Assembly: GCA_965649225.1 (NCBI GenBank)
Contig: CBFGJX010000008.1
Span: 36,328 to 100,327 of the forward strand
Reading direction: 5' to 3'
DNA: 64,000 bases
DNA from: a candidate division WOR-3 bacterium
GTDB taxonomy: Bacteria > Hydrothermota > Tepidihabitantia > Tepidihabitantales > Tepidihabitantaceae
Every line of letters begins with the position of its first letter. The first letter of the stretch is position 1. Position numbers and translations under genes: made by a program. This document shows positions 8,690 to 18,629 of this stretch, in pieces. The notes beneath the pieces are model-generated. The model did not search any database. It was not told the origin of the DNA and saw only the letters and a program-made list of their open reading frames with translations.

Positions 8690-11600
8690 TTAATCCAGTC
8701 TTACCGCTTTGACCGTTGTTCGCTGCCCCGCGGCTTCAAGCTGCAGGAAGTAGATGCCCCGGGCAAGGGGTTGGCCGGCAGCGTCGGTGCCGTCCCAGCG
8801 GACAGTGCCGGCGCCGGCCGGCTGGTTGCCGGAAAGCAGTTGTTTCACCATGCGGCCGGAGTTGTCATAGACGGCCAGATTCGCTATGCCCGGCTGAGGC
8901 AGAACATAGCGGATTGAGGCCGGATCGCGCAGCGGGTTGCGGTCGATGCCAAGAACCGGCAGCAGGGTGGGACCGGTCAATGGTTCGCTGATGGCGGTGG
9001 ACTGACTGGTGGTGTACCTGATCGCGCGGCCGGGCCCGAGCGGCGCTGCGCCGCGATGATAGGTGCCATCAAACAGGCAGTTGATGCCGATGGCGCAGGT
9101 CGGGTCTTCGATCCCCACCGTCGCCGAGCCGAAGTCGTTGCCGCCGCGGTACTGCAGGATTATCTCGTTGTCGCGGGTCGGGGTCTGCACCGTGGTGTCG
9201 TAGATGATGAACTGGCCAATGACATAGCTGGTGCGCGGGCTGTACTTGCAGACCGAGTCGTATTCGATGATGAAGCGATGGTTGGTTGCATCGTGCCAGT
9301 ACCACACCCCGCGCCCGGCCTGAGGATACAGGTCGTCCCAGAGCAGACAGAGGTTGGCCGGCTGAGCACCGTCGGGCAGACTGACATTGGAGTAGCTCGA
9401 GCTGGTGGTCGAGCCGGGCGCTATCCAGCCGTTGGAGCAGATGCTGACCTGCGTGAAGCTCTGACCGTAGTAGCGCCAGGGCCCGAACGCCGGCGGCAGA
9501 CTGACAACCGCGGTCTGGTCGTCGGAGAGCGTCAACCGGGTGCCGACACCGTTGATTTCCACCCACTCGAACTGGGGCCGCTGGGCATAGCCCGAATCGA
9601 CGTCGTCGTAGGCCCAGTAGCGGGCCGGCTGCCGCGGCCCGTCCGGTATCGGGTCAACCGCCCGCAGTTCACCGACGACGATGTCGAAGGCAAGCGTGTC
9701 GGTGTAGCCGGTGCCGGCAACGAAGAGCTGCATCGTAACCGGATATTCGCGCGGCGTGAAGGGCGAGGAGCGGATTTGAAACCGGTCGGACCAGTTGGTC
9801 CGGCTGGAATCGGGCAGGATGGTGCCGTAGCTTGCCTGGGCGTCGATTACCGTGATGAGGGTATCGGGACTGAACAGTGTTGCAACGACATTCTGAGCCG
9901 GCAGGCGGCCGACGTTGCCGAGGCGGACAGCGAGCTCGGCGGTTTCGCCCGGATCGAGCCGGTTGTTGTTGTTACCGCCGGGCGGAGAGTCGATGATATA
10001 TTGCTGCTGGTACACCAGCGCGGCTGAATTGGTGGCAATCGCTTCGACCGCATCGAGGTCAAAGCCGGCAGTGGCGCCGGAGACCGCGCCGGAGTCGTCA
10101 ACAATCTTGATGAAGCGAAAAGCGCTGACGCTGCCGCGGCTGAGGTCGAAGCTGTCGGTGCCGGTGGCCCAGCCAAGGCTGGTCCAGGGGCCGGCCCAGT
10201 CCAGTGCGACTTCGACGCGGTAGCCTTCGGGGTCGGCGTCGTCCTCATACACCGTGAAGTCGCTGCCCGGGCCATTGACCAGAGTGCGGCCGAAATCGTA
10301 GATGGCGAAGCCGCCGCGGCCGAGCGAGAAGCGGCGGCCGTCGCGCGGGCCGAGGGCCCAGTCCGGGGTCGAAACGATCAAAGTGTCGCTGACCCCGCGG
10401 CCGCTGATGAACTGGTGCAAGGCGACGGGCAAAGTGGTGTCGGGCACGAGCGCAACATTGAGGCGGGTAACCGTGTCGGCGGTGACCGTGACACCGGTGA
10501 TGGTCTTGCTGCGATAGCCGTTGGCTTCGAAGACCACGTCATAGGTGCCCGGCCGCAGATAGCGGTGGTAGTCGCCGATGCTGTCGCAGAAACTGGGAAA
10601 ATTGATGGGCATCGGCCGGACCCGGGCACGCACCGGCGCGCCGGTGACCGAGTCGGTGACGATGCCGCGGATGCCGCGGTCGATGTTGGCCAGTATCATC
10701 TTCATCGCGGCGTGCTCGCGTGCGATTATCTGGGCGAGCGACTCGACCGGCGGAGTCTTGTAGATGCAGGTTTCGACGGTCCAGCCGATGGCGCCGGTAG
10801 TGCCGTAGGCGTAGTCCTTGGACGAGCCGTTGATGCGGTACATTCCCCGGTACCCGGGGGCGTTGGGGTAGCCGGTGATGTCGTGGTAGCGGCCGCCCAG
10901 ATACCAGAACTCCATCGAGTCGCGCGTGCCGAAGGGCGAGTAGCTCCAGGGCGTGGAGATGAAGTAGGTGCCGCCGTGGCCCGACTGCCAGAAGTTGAAG
11001 CAGTTGCGCTGCATCAGCCGGAGCTGGACCCGGGTCTCGGGCTGGGTGAAGCCTTCGCGCGCCGAGGTCTCGTACCACCACATGAAGCCGTAGTCGCGGT
11101 TGCAGTCGTAGCCGTTGCGGTTGGTGCGCGCGCCGGCGATGTGGCCGTATGGGTTGGTCGGGCAGAGCACCCAGATTTCCCGGGTGTTGACCCAGTAGGT
11201 GACGTCGGGGTCGACCCCGTAGTTGCGCGCGAGGTAGACCGCGAACTCGAAGGCGGGTTCGGTGGCGCATTTTTCGTCGCCGTGGATGGCGGCTTCAAAC
11301 ATCAGTTCGGGCTCGTCTTCTTCGAGCTGCGGGTTGTCGGTTATTTTCAGGGCGAAGATGAGGCTGTCGTTGGATGCGAACCCGAGCGTCTCGAACTTGA
11401 TGAAGGTCGGGTTGTTCTGCGCCATCAGCAGAAAAGTGTCTTTAATCTGAGTGTAGGTGTGAAACCGGTAGTCGAGCGCGTTCTTCTCGTAAAAGCCGGT
11501 GATGTCGCGCTTGAGTACCGCGACACTCCAGCCGTCGCGCTCGAGCCGGGCGACGCGGTCCTGGGGCACCTCGACGAGCATCCGGCCGTCCGGTCCCGGG

Positions 11601-11734
11601 CCGTTGATGATGCAGCCGAGGTCTTCAAGCTCGCGGATGTCCTCGCGGGTACGGACATCGACGGTGACAAGGTCGTAGCGCGGTGCGGCCGAAGCCGCGA
11701 GCGCCAGGGCGGCAAGGACAAGAACAATTCTCAA
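8690..11734 (-). CDS. Secreted M14 zinc carboxypeptidase with carboxypeptidase-regulatory, jelly-roll/Ig accessory and FlgD/T9SS-like C-terminal domains
   Basis: AIHGDE (HxxE), DCNRDY, SGH, WTVE; SD AGGAGG 5 nt before TTG 11734; signal peptide; C-terminal WDGTDAAG..LARGIYF. Confidence 0.9.
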   Translation of the reverse strand: MRIVLVLAALALAASAAPRYDLVTVDVRTREDIRELEDLGCIINGPGPDGRMLVEVPQDRVARLERDGWSVAVLKRDITGFYEKNALDYRFHTYTQIKDTFLLMAQNNPTFIKFETLGFASNDSLIFALKITDNPQLEEDEPELMFEAAIHGDEKCATEPAFEFAVYLARNYGVDPDVTYWVNTREIWVLCPTNPYGHIAGARTNRNGYDCNRDYGFMWWYETSAREGFTQPETRVQLRLMQRNCFNFWQSGHGGTYFISTPWSYSPFGTRDSMEFWYLGGRYHDITGYPNAPGYRGMYRINGSSKDYAYGTTGAIGWTVETCIYKTPPVESLAQIIAREHAAMKMILANIDRGIRGIVTDSVTGAPVRARVRPMPINFPSFCDSIGDYHRYLRPGTYDVVFEANGYRSKTITGVTVTADTVTRLNVALVPDTTLPVALHQFISGRGVSDTLIVSTPDWALGPRDGRRFSLGRGGFAIYDFGRTLVNGPGSDFTVYEDDADPEGYRVEVALDWAGPWTSLGWATGTDSFDLSRGSVSAFRFIKIVDDSGAVSGATAGFDLDAVEAIATNSAALVYQQQYIIDSPPGGNNNNRLDPGETAELAVRLGNVGRLPAQNVVATLFSPDTLITVIDAQASYGTILPDSSRTNWSDRFQIRSSPFTPREYPVTMQLFVAGTGYTDTLAFDIVVGELRAVDPIPDGPRQPARYWAYDDVDSGYAQRPQFEWVEINGVGTRLTLSDDQTAVVSLPPAFGPWRYYGQSFTQVSICSNGWIAPGSTTSSSYSNVSLPDGAQPANLCLLWDDLYPQAGRGVWYWHDATNHRFIIEYDSVCKYSPRTSYVIGQFIIYDTTVQTPTRDNEIILQYRGGNDFGSATVGIEDPTCAIGINCLFDGTYHRGAAPLGPGRAIRYTTSQSTAISEPLTGPTLLPVLGIDRNPLRDPASIRYVLPQPGIANLAVYDNSGRMVKQLLSGNQPAGAGTVRWDGTDAAGQPLARGIYFLQLEAAGQRTTVKAVRLD

Positions 11735-11814
11735 CACAGCCTCCTGAGTTGCTGAAAATGACAGACAGTTGATTTTAAAGTCGGCCCCGGGCCGGTCAAC
11801 CCGGCCGGCTGTCA

Positions 11815-12516
11815 TCACATCCGAAACGGCGGTCGTGCCGCGGAGCCGAACCGCAGGCCGGCATCCCAGGACAGCCCGCCCAGGCCAAAACGCGGCGGCT
11901 GACCCCGGCCGGTGTAAACTTCGGGGCCGCCGATTGGAATGAACCAGCCGGCGCGGGTATAGAGCGCAACGTAATGCTCTTCGCCGTAGCGCAGCCGTCC
12001 CATCAGTTCGAGCGCCGGCATGACGCCGACGGTCCAGCCCCAGAAAACATCCCAGATGTCCGGGTCAGCAACAAACAGCGCGCCGTCTTCGATGGAGTGG
12101 GCATAGAGAAACCAGGCGCCGAAACCGACATTGACATGGGGTCGGACCCAGAAGAAATCACGCGGTACCCAGGCGTAACCACAGTCGAAGCTGCCGCGCA
12201 ATCCGACCAGTTCGGCCGCCAGCGAGTCGGCCCGCTGGGTGGAGGCGGTGACAGAACCCTCACCACCGAGGGTGATGTTGCCAACCGCGCCGGCACGATG
12301 GCCGCCCAGCCACCATACCGGCCGGCGCAGGCGGAACGAGTCGTTGCCGCGATAGCGGTCCGGGTCGCGGTTGAGCCGGGAAAGGGTCTGGTTCAATCCT
12401 GATGTTCTGAGCCAGGTGGCACTGATGCCGAAGCCACCATAGCCGGCCAGGGCGGTGCCGGTGAGCAGAAAAAACAGTACAGCCGGAGTGAGATTCCGGC
12501 GGATTTCAGTTGTCAT
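11815..12516 (-). CDS. Hypothetical exported protein, probable outer-membrane beta-barrel
   Basis: SD AAGGAG before ATG 12516; signal peptide ending TALA; Gly/aromatic alternating strands; C-terminal WDAGLRFG. Confidence 0.65.
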   Translation of the reverse strand: MTTEIRRNLTPAVLFFLLTGTALAGYGGFGISATWLRTSGLNQTLSRLNRDPDRYRGNDSFRLRRPVWWLGGHRAGAVGNITLGGEGSVTASTQRADSLAAELVGLRGSFDCGYAWVPRDFFWVRPHVNVGFGAWFLYAHSIEDGALFVADPDIWDVFWGWTVGVMPALELMGRLRYGEEHYVALYTRAGWFIPIGGPEVYTGRGQPPRFGLGGLSWDAGLRFGSAARPPFRM

Positions 12517-13075
12517 CTGATTCTCCTTCGGGCCGGCCCGCACGGCCGACCGGGTTGGTGAAGTCGTATTCAGTGTTGCCAATCCGGACCGCGTCGCCGC
12601 CGATGCCAGCGGGGCGCAGCGAGCGGGAGAGCCCCGGGTCGGTCCAGATTGCCATTGCCCGCCATTGCATCGGCCGAGCCGAGTCGCTTTCGACCAGGTA
12701 GGCCCAGACCACCCGGACGCGGCGGCGCTGACGACGGTTGGCCATTTCCAAAGTTGTGTAGAGCAACCGGTCGAGCGCAATGCGCAGGGCGGAGTCGGAA
12801 AGCCCGGCCGGGACAACGGCCCGAACCGTGAGTCGCTCGATGCTGCCAAGCGGCTGTTCGATTGTTTCGAGCAACCGCCACTGCGGTCCGGGTTCGGTCG
12901 GCTCCGGCGGCACCAGGCCGGGACGCCGGGGGGGCGATATGAGTAACAGTCCGGCGCCGACCGCCGACAGTATCAGAACGAAAAGCCAGTAACGGCTGCG
13001 GCCGCGGCCCCAGCGCATCCGGTCAACAAGCGAGGGCTTTTCGAGCTGGCGTGGCCGGGAGCGCAAAGATATCAT
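12506..13075 (-). CDS. Hypothetical membrane-anchored protein
   Basis: One N-terminal TM segment (WLFVLILSAVGAGLLLI); overlaps the start of the next gene; TAGAAT -10 box upstream. Confidence 0.65.
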   Translation of the reverse strand: MISLRSRPRQLEKPSLVDRMRWGRGRSRYWLFVLILSAVGAGLLLISPPRRPGLVPPEPTEPGPQWRLLETIEQPLGSIERLTVRAVVPAGLSDSALRIALDRLLYTTLEMANRRQRRRVRVVWAYLVESDSARPMQWRAMAIWTDPGLSRSLRPAGIGGDAVRIGNTEYDFTNPVGRAGRPEGESDDN

Positions 13076-13177
13076 TACCCGCTGGTAATTCTATCGGTGT
13101 CGGCGCGTCGCGCAAGCCGGACCGGGCGGCCAGTCGCCTTGACAGGCCAGAGGTCGTGACTAGTATTGGGCGCAATC

Positions 13178-13250
13178 GCCGGCGTAGCTCAGTCGGCAGA
13201 GCAGCGGTTTCGTAAACCGCAGGTCATCGGTTCGAATCCGATCGCCGGCT
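13178..13250 (+). tRNA. tRNA-Thr(CGT)
   Basis: Acceptor GCCGGCG/CGCCGGC, anticodon loop TTCGTAA in GCGGT/ACCGC stem, T loop TTCGAAT; CCA not encoded; TTGACA at 13139. Confidence 0.95.
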
Positions 13251-13291
13251 TGACTGGCACGGCAGTGCCGTTATTCTCTGCGCACCTGGGT

Positions 13292-15241
13292 ATGGAACGT
13301 AAACTGGTCCTGCTCTTCGGACTGTTGCTGGTGCTGACTCCGTCGGCGTCGGCGGCAACGCGCCGGGCCGCCCCATTCGCGCTTGCCTCACCACTGCTTT
13401 TCGCCGCGATTCTGAGCCGTGGCCGCGACCCGCGGCGTGAGGCCGAGGAACAGGCGGCGTTTGAGGAGGCCGAACGTCAGCGGGCCGAACGCCGGGCCCG
13501 GGCAGTCTTCGATCACTTTGTTGATGCCAGCCCGGTCAGCATTGAGATTTTTGACCCGAAGGGCAAACCCCTGCGCAGCAACAAGGCGGCCGAGCGGCTG
13601 CTGGGCAAGGTGCCACCACCGGGCATTTCGCTTTTTGAGCCGCGCGGACTGAAGCGGGCCGGGCTGCTCGAGCCGCAACTGAAACGGGTGCTGGCCGGCA
13701 CCCGGGTCGAGACGCCGCCAACATGGTACGACCCGACCGAAATCGGCCTGCCCGGCATTCCGGGGCGCAAGGTTTGCTTCCGGGCAACGGTTTTCCCGCT
13801 GTTCGACAACGAGGGCAGGCTGGTTGGTATCGCGGTGATGCATGAGGACCTGACCGAGCTCAAGGCAGCTCAGCAGGCGGCAAAAGAGGCGGAAGAACGG
13901 GCACGGGAAGCCGCGGCGGCGGTGCCGGAGCCGGTACCCGAGCCGGTGGTGCTGCCGCCGGATGCCGACCCGCGCGATATCGAGTTTCAACGGCGCAAGC
14001 TGGAAGCGGCGCTGCGCGAGAGTGAGGAGCGGTTCCGGTCGGTGTTTGATTCGGCGCGCGGGTACGCGCTGGTTCGATTCGGCGAGCCGGGGCAGATTAT
14101 CTGCGCCAGCCCGACCGTGGTCGAAATCTGGGGCGTTGCCCGGGACGATATCGTCCGCAACGGCACGCTGTACTTTGCTCAGGTCCATCCGCAGGACCTG
14201 GATCGGGTAATGGATGTTGAAGCCCAGGCCCGTCGGGCCGGTGCCTATCCGGTCGGCTACGAGTTTCGGGTTGTCAACAAGACCACCGGGGCCGTACGCT
14301 GGGTCGAGGTGCGCGGTTCACAGGTCGCAATCGGCAACCGCAAGGTGATGGATGCGCTGATTCAGGACGTTACCGATCGCCACGCGGTTGAAGCGGCACT
14401 GAATCAGCGGCAGCAGGATATCGGTGTTCTGATCAACAGCGCCATTGACGGAGTCGTAACCGTTGACCGGGAGTGGGTTGTCAAGGCCTGGAGTCCGGGA
14501 GCAGAGCGGGAAACCCGGCTGCCGGCAGCGGCTACGGTCGGCAAGCGGCTCTGGGATGTCTATCCGCAGCTGGAGCAGGCGGGTTTTGCCGCCGGCCTGC
14601 GGCGGACGATGACCGATCGGACACCGGTGACTTTTGAAGGATTCTATGGCGATGGCCGGGAGCGTTTTTCCGGCTGGTTCTGTTTCAGTTCCTATCCTCT
14701 TGATGACGGGCTGCTGCTGTTGGTGCGCAATACCACCCAGCGGCGCCGGGCGGAACTGGCCTGGCAGGAGGCCGAAACCCGGCTGCGGTCGCTGTTTGAC
14801 CAGCCCGGGCTGGCGATAACTCTGAAAGACCTGCAGTTGCGTTACATTCTGGCCAATGATGCCGCGTTGAAGGCCTATGCCGTTTCGGCCGGAGAGGTGG
14901 TGCTGGGCAAAACCGACCCCGAGCTGTTCAATGCCCGGGTTTCAGCGCTGCTGGCAACTCACGACCGGCAGGTGATTGAAACCGGTCGGCCGGTTGAAAT
15001 TGAAATCGCCCTCCCAGATGGCGCCGCCGCCAACGCAATGTGGTATCACATCGTCAAGCAACCGTGGAAAAACGCCGCCGGCGAAGTGCTGGGCGTTTTT
15101 GACATCGCCTGGGATATCACTGCCCGGGTCAATGCGCAGAACGAACTGGCCCGCCGGCGTGAGTATGTTGCCGGTCTGGTTGCCGAGGGCAGCCAGCTGT
15201 TGCAGCGGGCGCAGGAAGACCTAAAGCGCTGGTCGAGCTGA
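13292..15241 (+). CDS. Multi-PAS/PAC domain protein with hydrophobic N-terminus and no output domain
   Basis: About four PAS/PAC units (..N.AAERLLG; VHPQD...VRWVEVRG...IQDVTDR; ..RNTTQRR; ..WDITAR); no H-box, HATPase, GGDEF or REC. Confidence 0.8.
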   Translation: MERKLVLLFGLLLVLTPSASAATRRAAPFALASPLLFAAILSRGRDPRREAEEQAAFEEAERQRAERRARAVFDHFVDASPVSIEIFDPKGKPLRSNKAAERLLGKVPPPGISLFEPRGLKRAGLLEPQLKRVLAGTRVETPPTWYDPTEIGLPGIPGRKVCFRATVFPLFDNEGRLVGIAVMHEDLTELKAAQQAAKEAEERAREAAAAVPEPVPEPVVLPPDADPRDIEFQRRKLEAALRESEERFRSVFDSARGYALVRFGEPGQIICASPTVVEIWGVARDDIVRNGTLYFAQVHPQDLDRVMDVEAQARRAGAYPVGYEFRVVNKTTGAVRWVEVRGSQVAIGNRKVMDALIQDVTDRHAVEAALNQRQQDIGVLINSAIDGVVTVDREWVVKAWSPGAERETRLPAAATVGKRLWDVYPQLEQAGFAAGLRRTMTDRTPVTFEGFYGDGRERFSGWFCFSSYPLDDGLLLLVRNTTQRRRAELAWQEAETRLRSLFDQPGLAITLKDLQLRYILANDAALKAYAVSAGEVVLGKTDPELFNARVSALLATHDRQVIETGRPVEIEIALPDGAAANAMWYHIVKQPWKNAAGEVLGVFDIAWDITARVNAQNELARRREYVAGLVAEGSQLLQRAQEDLKRWSS

Positions 15242-15287
15242 CCCGCGACAGCTTGGATTCATTTCCGAACGGTTCGCGGACACTACC

Positions 15288-17024
15288 GTGAAAAAGAAGC
15301 AGCGACCACCGGTGACAGCAAAACCTCAGGCTGAGTCAACCGGCCTGACCCGGTTCGCGCGCCGGTGGGGACTGCTGCTGGCGGTTGCCATCGCAGTGCT
15401 GGGTCTGGCGCTGCGGGCGTCAGACCTGCGCGCTGACCCGCCGCCCGATCTGAGCTGGAGTTTTGCACCCTACACCGACGAGGGGCTGAATACCTATTCG
15501 GCGCGCAATTTCGTCCTCTACGGTGCGTGGAAAACCGACGACTTTTTCCCGTTTGTGGTGTATCCGCTGGTGAATTATCTGGTGGCACTGGTGTTTCGAC
15601 TGTTTGGCATCGGTTTTGTCCAGGTGAAGCTGGTGTCGCTGGTCGCAGCGGTGCTGGGCGTGCTGGCCGCCTGGTTGCTGGCCCGCGAGGGCGGTGGTGA
15701 GTTGGGCGGGGTACTGGCGGCACTGCTGGTCGCGACGTCCTATCCGCTGGTAATGTATGGCCGGCTCGGTCTGATCGAGACCGTGCAGATTCTCTTCCTG
15801 CTGTTTACCGGCTGGTGCTGGGTGCGGGGGCTTGACCGGCCGCTGCCGATGATTCTGGCCGGGTTTTTTGCCGCAGCCACGGTGCTGCTGGTCAAAATCT
15901 CGGCAGTATTCATCGCCCCGGTAATGGTGGTGGTGTTCGCCTGGGAGTTTTTCGAGCGGCGCGACCGGGCCGGTCGGGTTGAACTGCTGCGCCGGCTGGG
16001 ACTGTTTATTGCCGGGGTTGGCGTCGCAGTTGCGGTCTGGCTGATTGCGGTCTTGCTGCCGCATCGGGCCGACTATCTGCGTTATGTGCTGCGTCACTCG
16101 TTTGAGTCGCCGGCCGGACATCCTGAGGGGCTGACGGCTTATCTGTTCAATACTTTCACCGTCGGCGTGCGTTCCCGAATCGTGCCGCGCACTGCCTGGA
16201 CCGCATTGCTGGGAATCATCGCCCTGCCGGTGCTGGCGCTGGGTCGCCGACCGGCGCTGCGCTATGTGCTGGCATGGTTCGTCTTTGGAGTCCTGCTGCT
16301 GGGCTATATGAACTACCGGCCGCCCCGGTACGAGATTATCATCATTCCGGCACTGGCCGTTGCGGCCGCGGTGATGCTTGCCCGGCTGCTTGAAGGCGGT
16401 GTGCTGCTGCCCCGGCTCCGGCCGACAATTGGCAAGAGCATCCTCGCCGCGCTGTGGCTGTGGCCGGTTTGTCTGCAACTTGCCCTGTACACGGGCGGGT
16501 TTTGGGGTCTGCTCAAACCGCGCAGCGAGGGCGAACTGCTGGTGGCGGCGGCGGTCGTTGCGGCAGTGCTGGCGGCGCTGGCTCATCTGCTTTTCCGCAT
16601 CGTCAAGTCGCCGCGGCTGGTGCGGGGGACGTTTGCCCGGCTGGCGCTAGCCGCAGTGCCGCTGCTGCTGATACTGCAGCTGGACCTGGGTCAGTATGGC
16701 CGCTGGTTTGAGAATCGGACCCACAATATGGTGGCATTCGCGCGCGAACTGGATGCCGCTTTGCCCGAAAAGGCGGTGCTGGCCGGCGGCTGGGCACCGG
16801 CGCTGTTGCTGGAGTCGCGCAAGCGGGCCTTGTGTATTACCGACTGGGCCAACATCGACGACCCGGTGGGGCGGTTTGGTGTTACGCACCTGGTTTCGCC
16901 GGAAAACGGCTTCGACTATCGGCTGTTCAGCGAGCAGTATCCGGAACTGATGGCCCGTGCCGAAGTGCTGCGCCGGTTCAATGTCCGGGGCCTGGTGCTG
17001 ACCGTGTACAGTCTGCCGCGCTAG
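15288..17024 (+). CDS. GT-C fold membrane glycosyltransferase (GT39/GT83, PMT/ArnT-like)
   Basis: TM helix followed by YTDEG acidic loop, YPLVNYL, many TM helices, PPRY motif. Confidence 0.82.
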   Translation: MKKKQRPPVTAKPQAESTGLTRFARRWGLLLAVAIAVLGLALRASDLRADPPPDLSWSFAPYTDEGLNTYSARNFVLYGAWKTDDFFPFVVYPLVNYLVALVFRLFGIGFVQVKLVSLVAAVLGVLAAWLLAREGGGELGGVLAALLVATSYPLVMYGRLGLIETVQILFLLFTGWCWVRGLDRPLPMILAGFFAAATVLLVKISAVFIAPVMVVVFAWEFFERRDRAGRVELLRRLGLFIAGVGVAVAVWLIAVLLPHRADYLRYVLRHSFESPAGHPEGLTAYLFNTFTVGVRSRIVPRTAWTALLGIIALPVLALGRRPALRYVLAWFVFGVLLLGYMNYRPPRYEIIIIPALAVAAAVMLARLLEGGVLLPRLRPTIGKSILAALWLWPVCLQLALYTGGFWGLLKPRSEGELLVAAAVVAAVLAALAHLLFRIVKSPRLVRGTFARLALAAVPLLLILQLDLGQYGRWFENRTHNMVAFARELDAALPEKAVLAGGWAPALLLESRKRALCITDWANIDDPVGRFGVTHLVSPENGFDYRLFSEQYPELMARAEVLRRFNVRGLVLTVYSLPR

Positions 17025-17854
17025 GCACGGGGCCGGCCGCAGACCCGGCAGGGGCGGCGTTTGGGCGAGAAGATGGCCGCGAGTGCAAACAGTGCCGTCG
17101 CAACGATCACAATCGCCGCACCCGACGGCAGTTCAAGAAAGTAGGAAAGCGCCAGACCGGCGACGCACGACAGCACCGCTGCCAGCCACGACAGCACGAA
17201 CAGTCGGCGGAAACTGGTGGTGAGCTGGAACGCGGTCGCGGCCGGCGTCACCAGCAGCGCTTCGACCAGGATGATGCCGACCGCCTTGATGGCGATGACT
17301 ACCGAGAGCGCGAGCAGGCCGAGCAGTACCGCACCGAGCCGGCCAGTGGCGAGGCCGCTCGCCTCGGCCATTTCTTCATCGAAAGCGAGAAACTGCAGTT
17401 CCTTGAACAGCAGTGCGACCGTGGCGAGCACGACGACCGCGAGGACGGCCATCAACGCAAGATTCCCGGGTGTGATGCCCAGCACGTTGCCGAAGAGGTA
17501 GCCATAGACCCGTGCGTCGTAGCGCCGCATCAGGCCGATGAAAAGCACGCCCAGCGCCATGGTGAAGGCAAAGAAGATACCGATGGCCGAGTCGGCGCGC
17601 AGCCGGGTGCGACGGATTGCGACCTGAATGAGCCCGGCGGTACCGAGACAGAACATTATCGCCGTCACCAGCGGGTTGAGTGCGAGGAGAAACCCGAGCG
17701 CAACTCCGCCGAAAGAGGCATGGGCTAGTCCCGACCCGGCGAATGCCATCCCGCGTAGCACCACGAACACGCCGACGATTGAACAGACGGTGGCGACCAG
17801 GAGCGCCCCGGCGAGTGCCCGCTGCATGAATGTCTGTTCGAGGAACTCAAGCAT
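17021..17854 (-). CDS. znuB: Zn/Mn ABC transporter permease (ZnuB-like)
   Basis: FMQRAL, GVFVVLRGM, LAHASFGG, YLFGNVL, FDEEMA. Confidence 0.9.
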   Translation of the reverse strand: MLEFLEQTFMQRALAGALLVATVCSIVGVFVVLRGMAFAGSGLAHASFGGVALGFLLALNPLVTAIMFCLGTAGLIQVAIRRTRLRADSAIGIFFAFTMALGVLFIGLMRRYDARVYGYLFGNVLGITPGNLALMAVLAVVVLATVALLFKELQFLAFDEEMAEASGLATGRLGAVLLGLLALSVVIAIKAVGIILVEALLVTPAATAFQLTTSFRRLFVLSWLAAVLSCVAGLALSYFLELPSGAAIVIVATALFALAAIFSPKRRPCRVCGRPRA

Positions 17855-18629
17855 GGCTGTCACCGACGTAGATATAGCGGCGCCCGGCCTCTTCACTGAT
17901 CATCACCGGCGCACCGTAGAGCCGTTCAAGCATCGAGCGGGTGAGCACCTCGGTACAGGGGCCGAAGGCCTGAACCGTGCGCTTCAGGTACATCACTTTG
18001 TCGACACAGGACATCACTTCGTTGATGTCATGGGTGACATAGAGCGTGGTCAGGCTGCGCTCAGTGTGAAGCCGGCGAATCAGTTCGACCATCGTCTGGC
18101 GCGTGGCAGCATCGACAGCCGAGGTCGGTTCATCGAGCAGCAGTACCGCCGGTTCGTTGACGAGAGCACGGGCCAGAAGCAGGCGTTGCTGTTGCCCGCC
18201 GGAGAGATGGCCGGCGACATGGCCGGCGGAATCGGCGAGGCCAACTGCGGCCAGCGCCGCTAGGGCACGTTCCCGCTCACGCCGGCCCGGGCTCCGCCCG
18301 ATGCCCAGCCGGGGATAGGTACCCATCAGTACCGCTTCCAGTACCGAAATCGGAAAGTCCGGGTCAATCGCCCGGCGTTGCGGCACGTAGCCGATGCGAG
18401 ACCGGGCTCTGGGCGGGGTGGTGCCGAGCACCGTTATCCGGCCGGCAGCGGGTTTTACCAGTCCGAGGATTGCCTTGAACAGCGTGGTCTTGCCCGAGCC
18501 GTTCGGGCCGACCACACCGAGAAACTCGCCCGAGTCAAGCCGGAAGGTGATATCTTCAAGTGCCGGCCCGCGCGAAAAGACCACGGTCAGTCGGTCGCAG
18601 TCGATTGCCGGCGGCGGGGCGGTATTCAC
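17847..18629 (-). CDS. znuC: Zn/Mn ABC transporter ATPase (ZnuC-like)
   Basis: [37 protein letters not shown] start overlaps the pepA stop (GTGA). Confidence 0.9.
   Translation of the reverse strand: MNTAPPPAIDCDRLTVVFSRGPALEDITFRLDSGEFLGVVGPNGSGKTTLFKAILGLVKPAAGRITVLGTTPPRARSRIGYVPQRRAIDPDFPISVLEAVLMGTYPRLGIGRSPGRRERERALAALAAVGLADSAGHVAGHLSGGQQQRLLLARALVNEPAVLLLDEPTSAVDAATRQTMVELIRRLHTERSLTTLYVTHDINEVMSCVDKVMYLKRTVQAFGPCTEVLTRSMLERLYGAPVMISEEAGRRYIYVGDSHA

Noticed and set aside
13166..13291. N-terminal extension of the PAS ORF
   Set aside because: Runs through tRNA-Thr; ATG 13292 gives a sensible hydrophobic N-terminus
15239..15333. Readthrough or selenocysteine at the PAS gene TGA to reach a kinase domain
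   Set aside because: The frame closes again after about 30 codons with no kinase motifs
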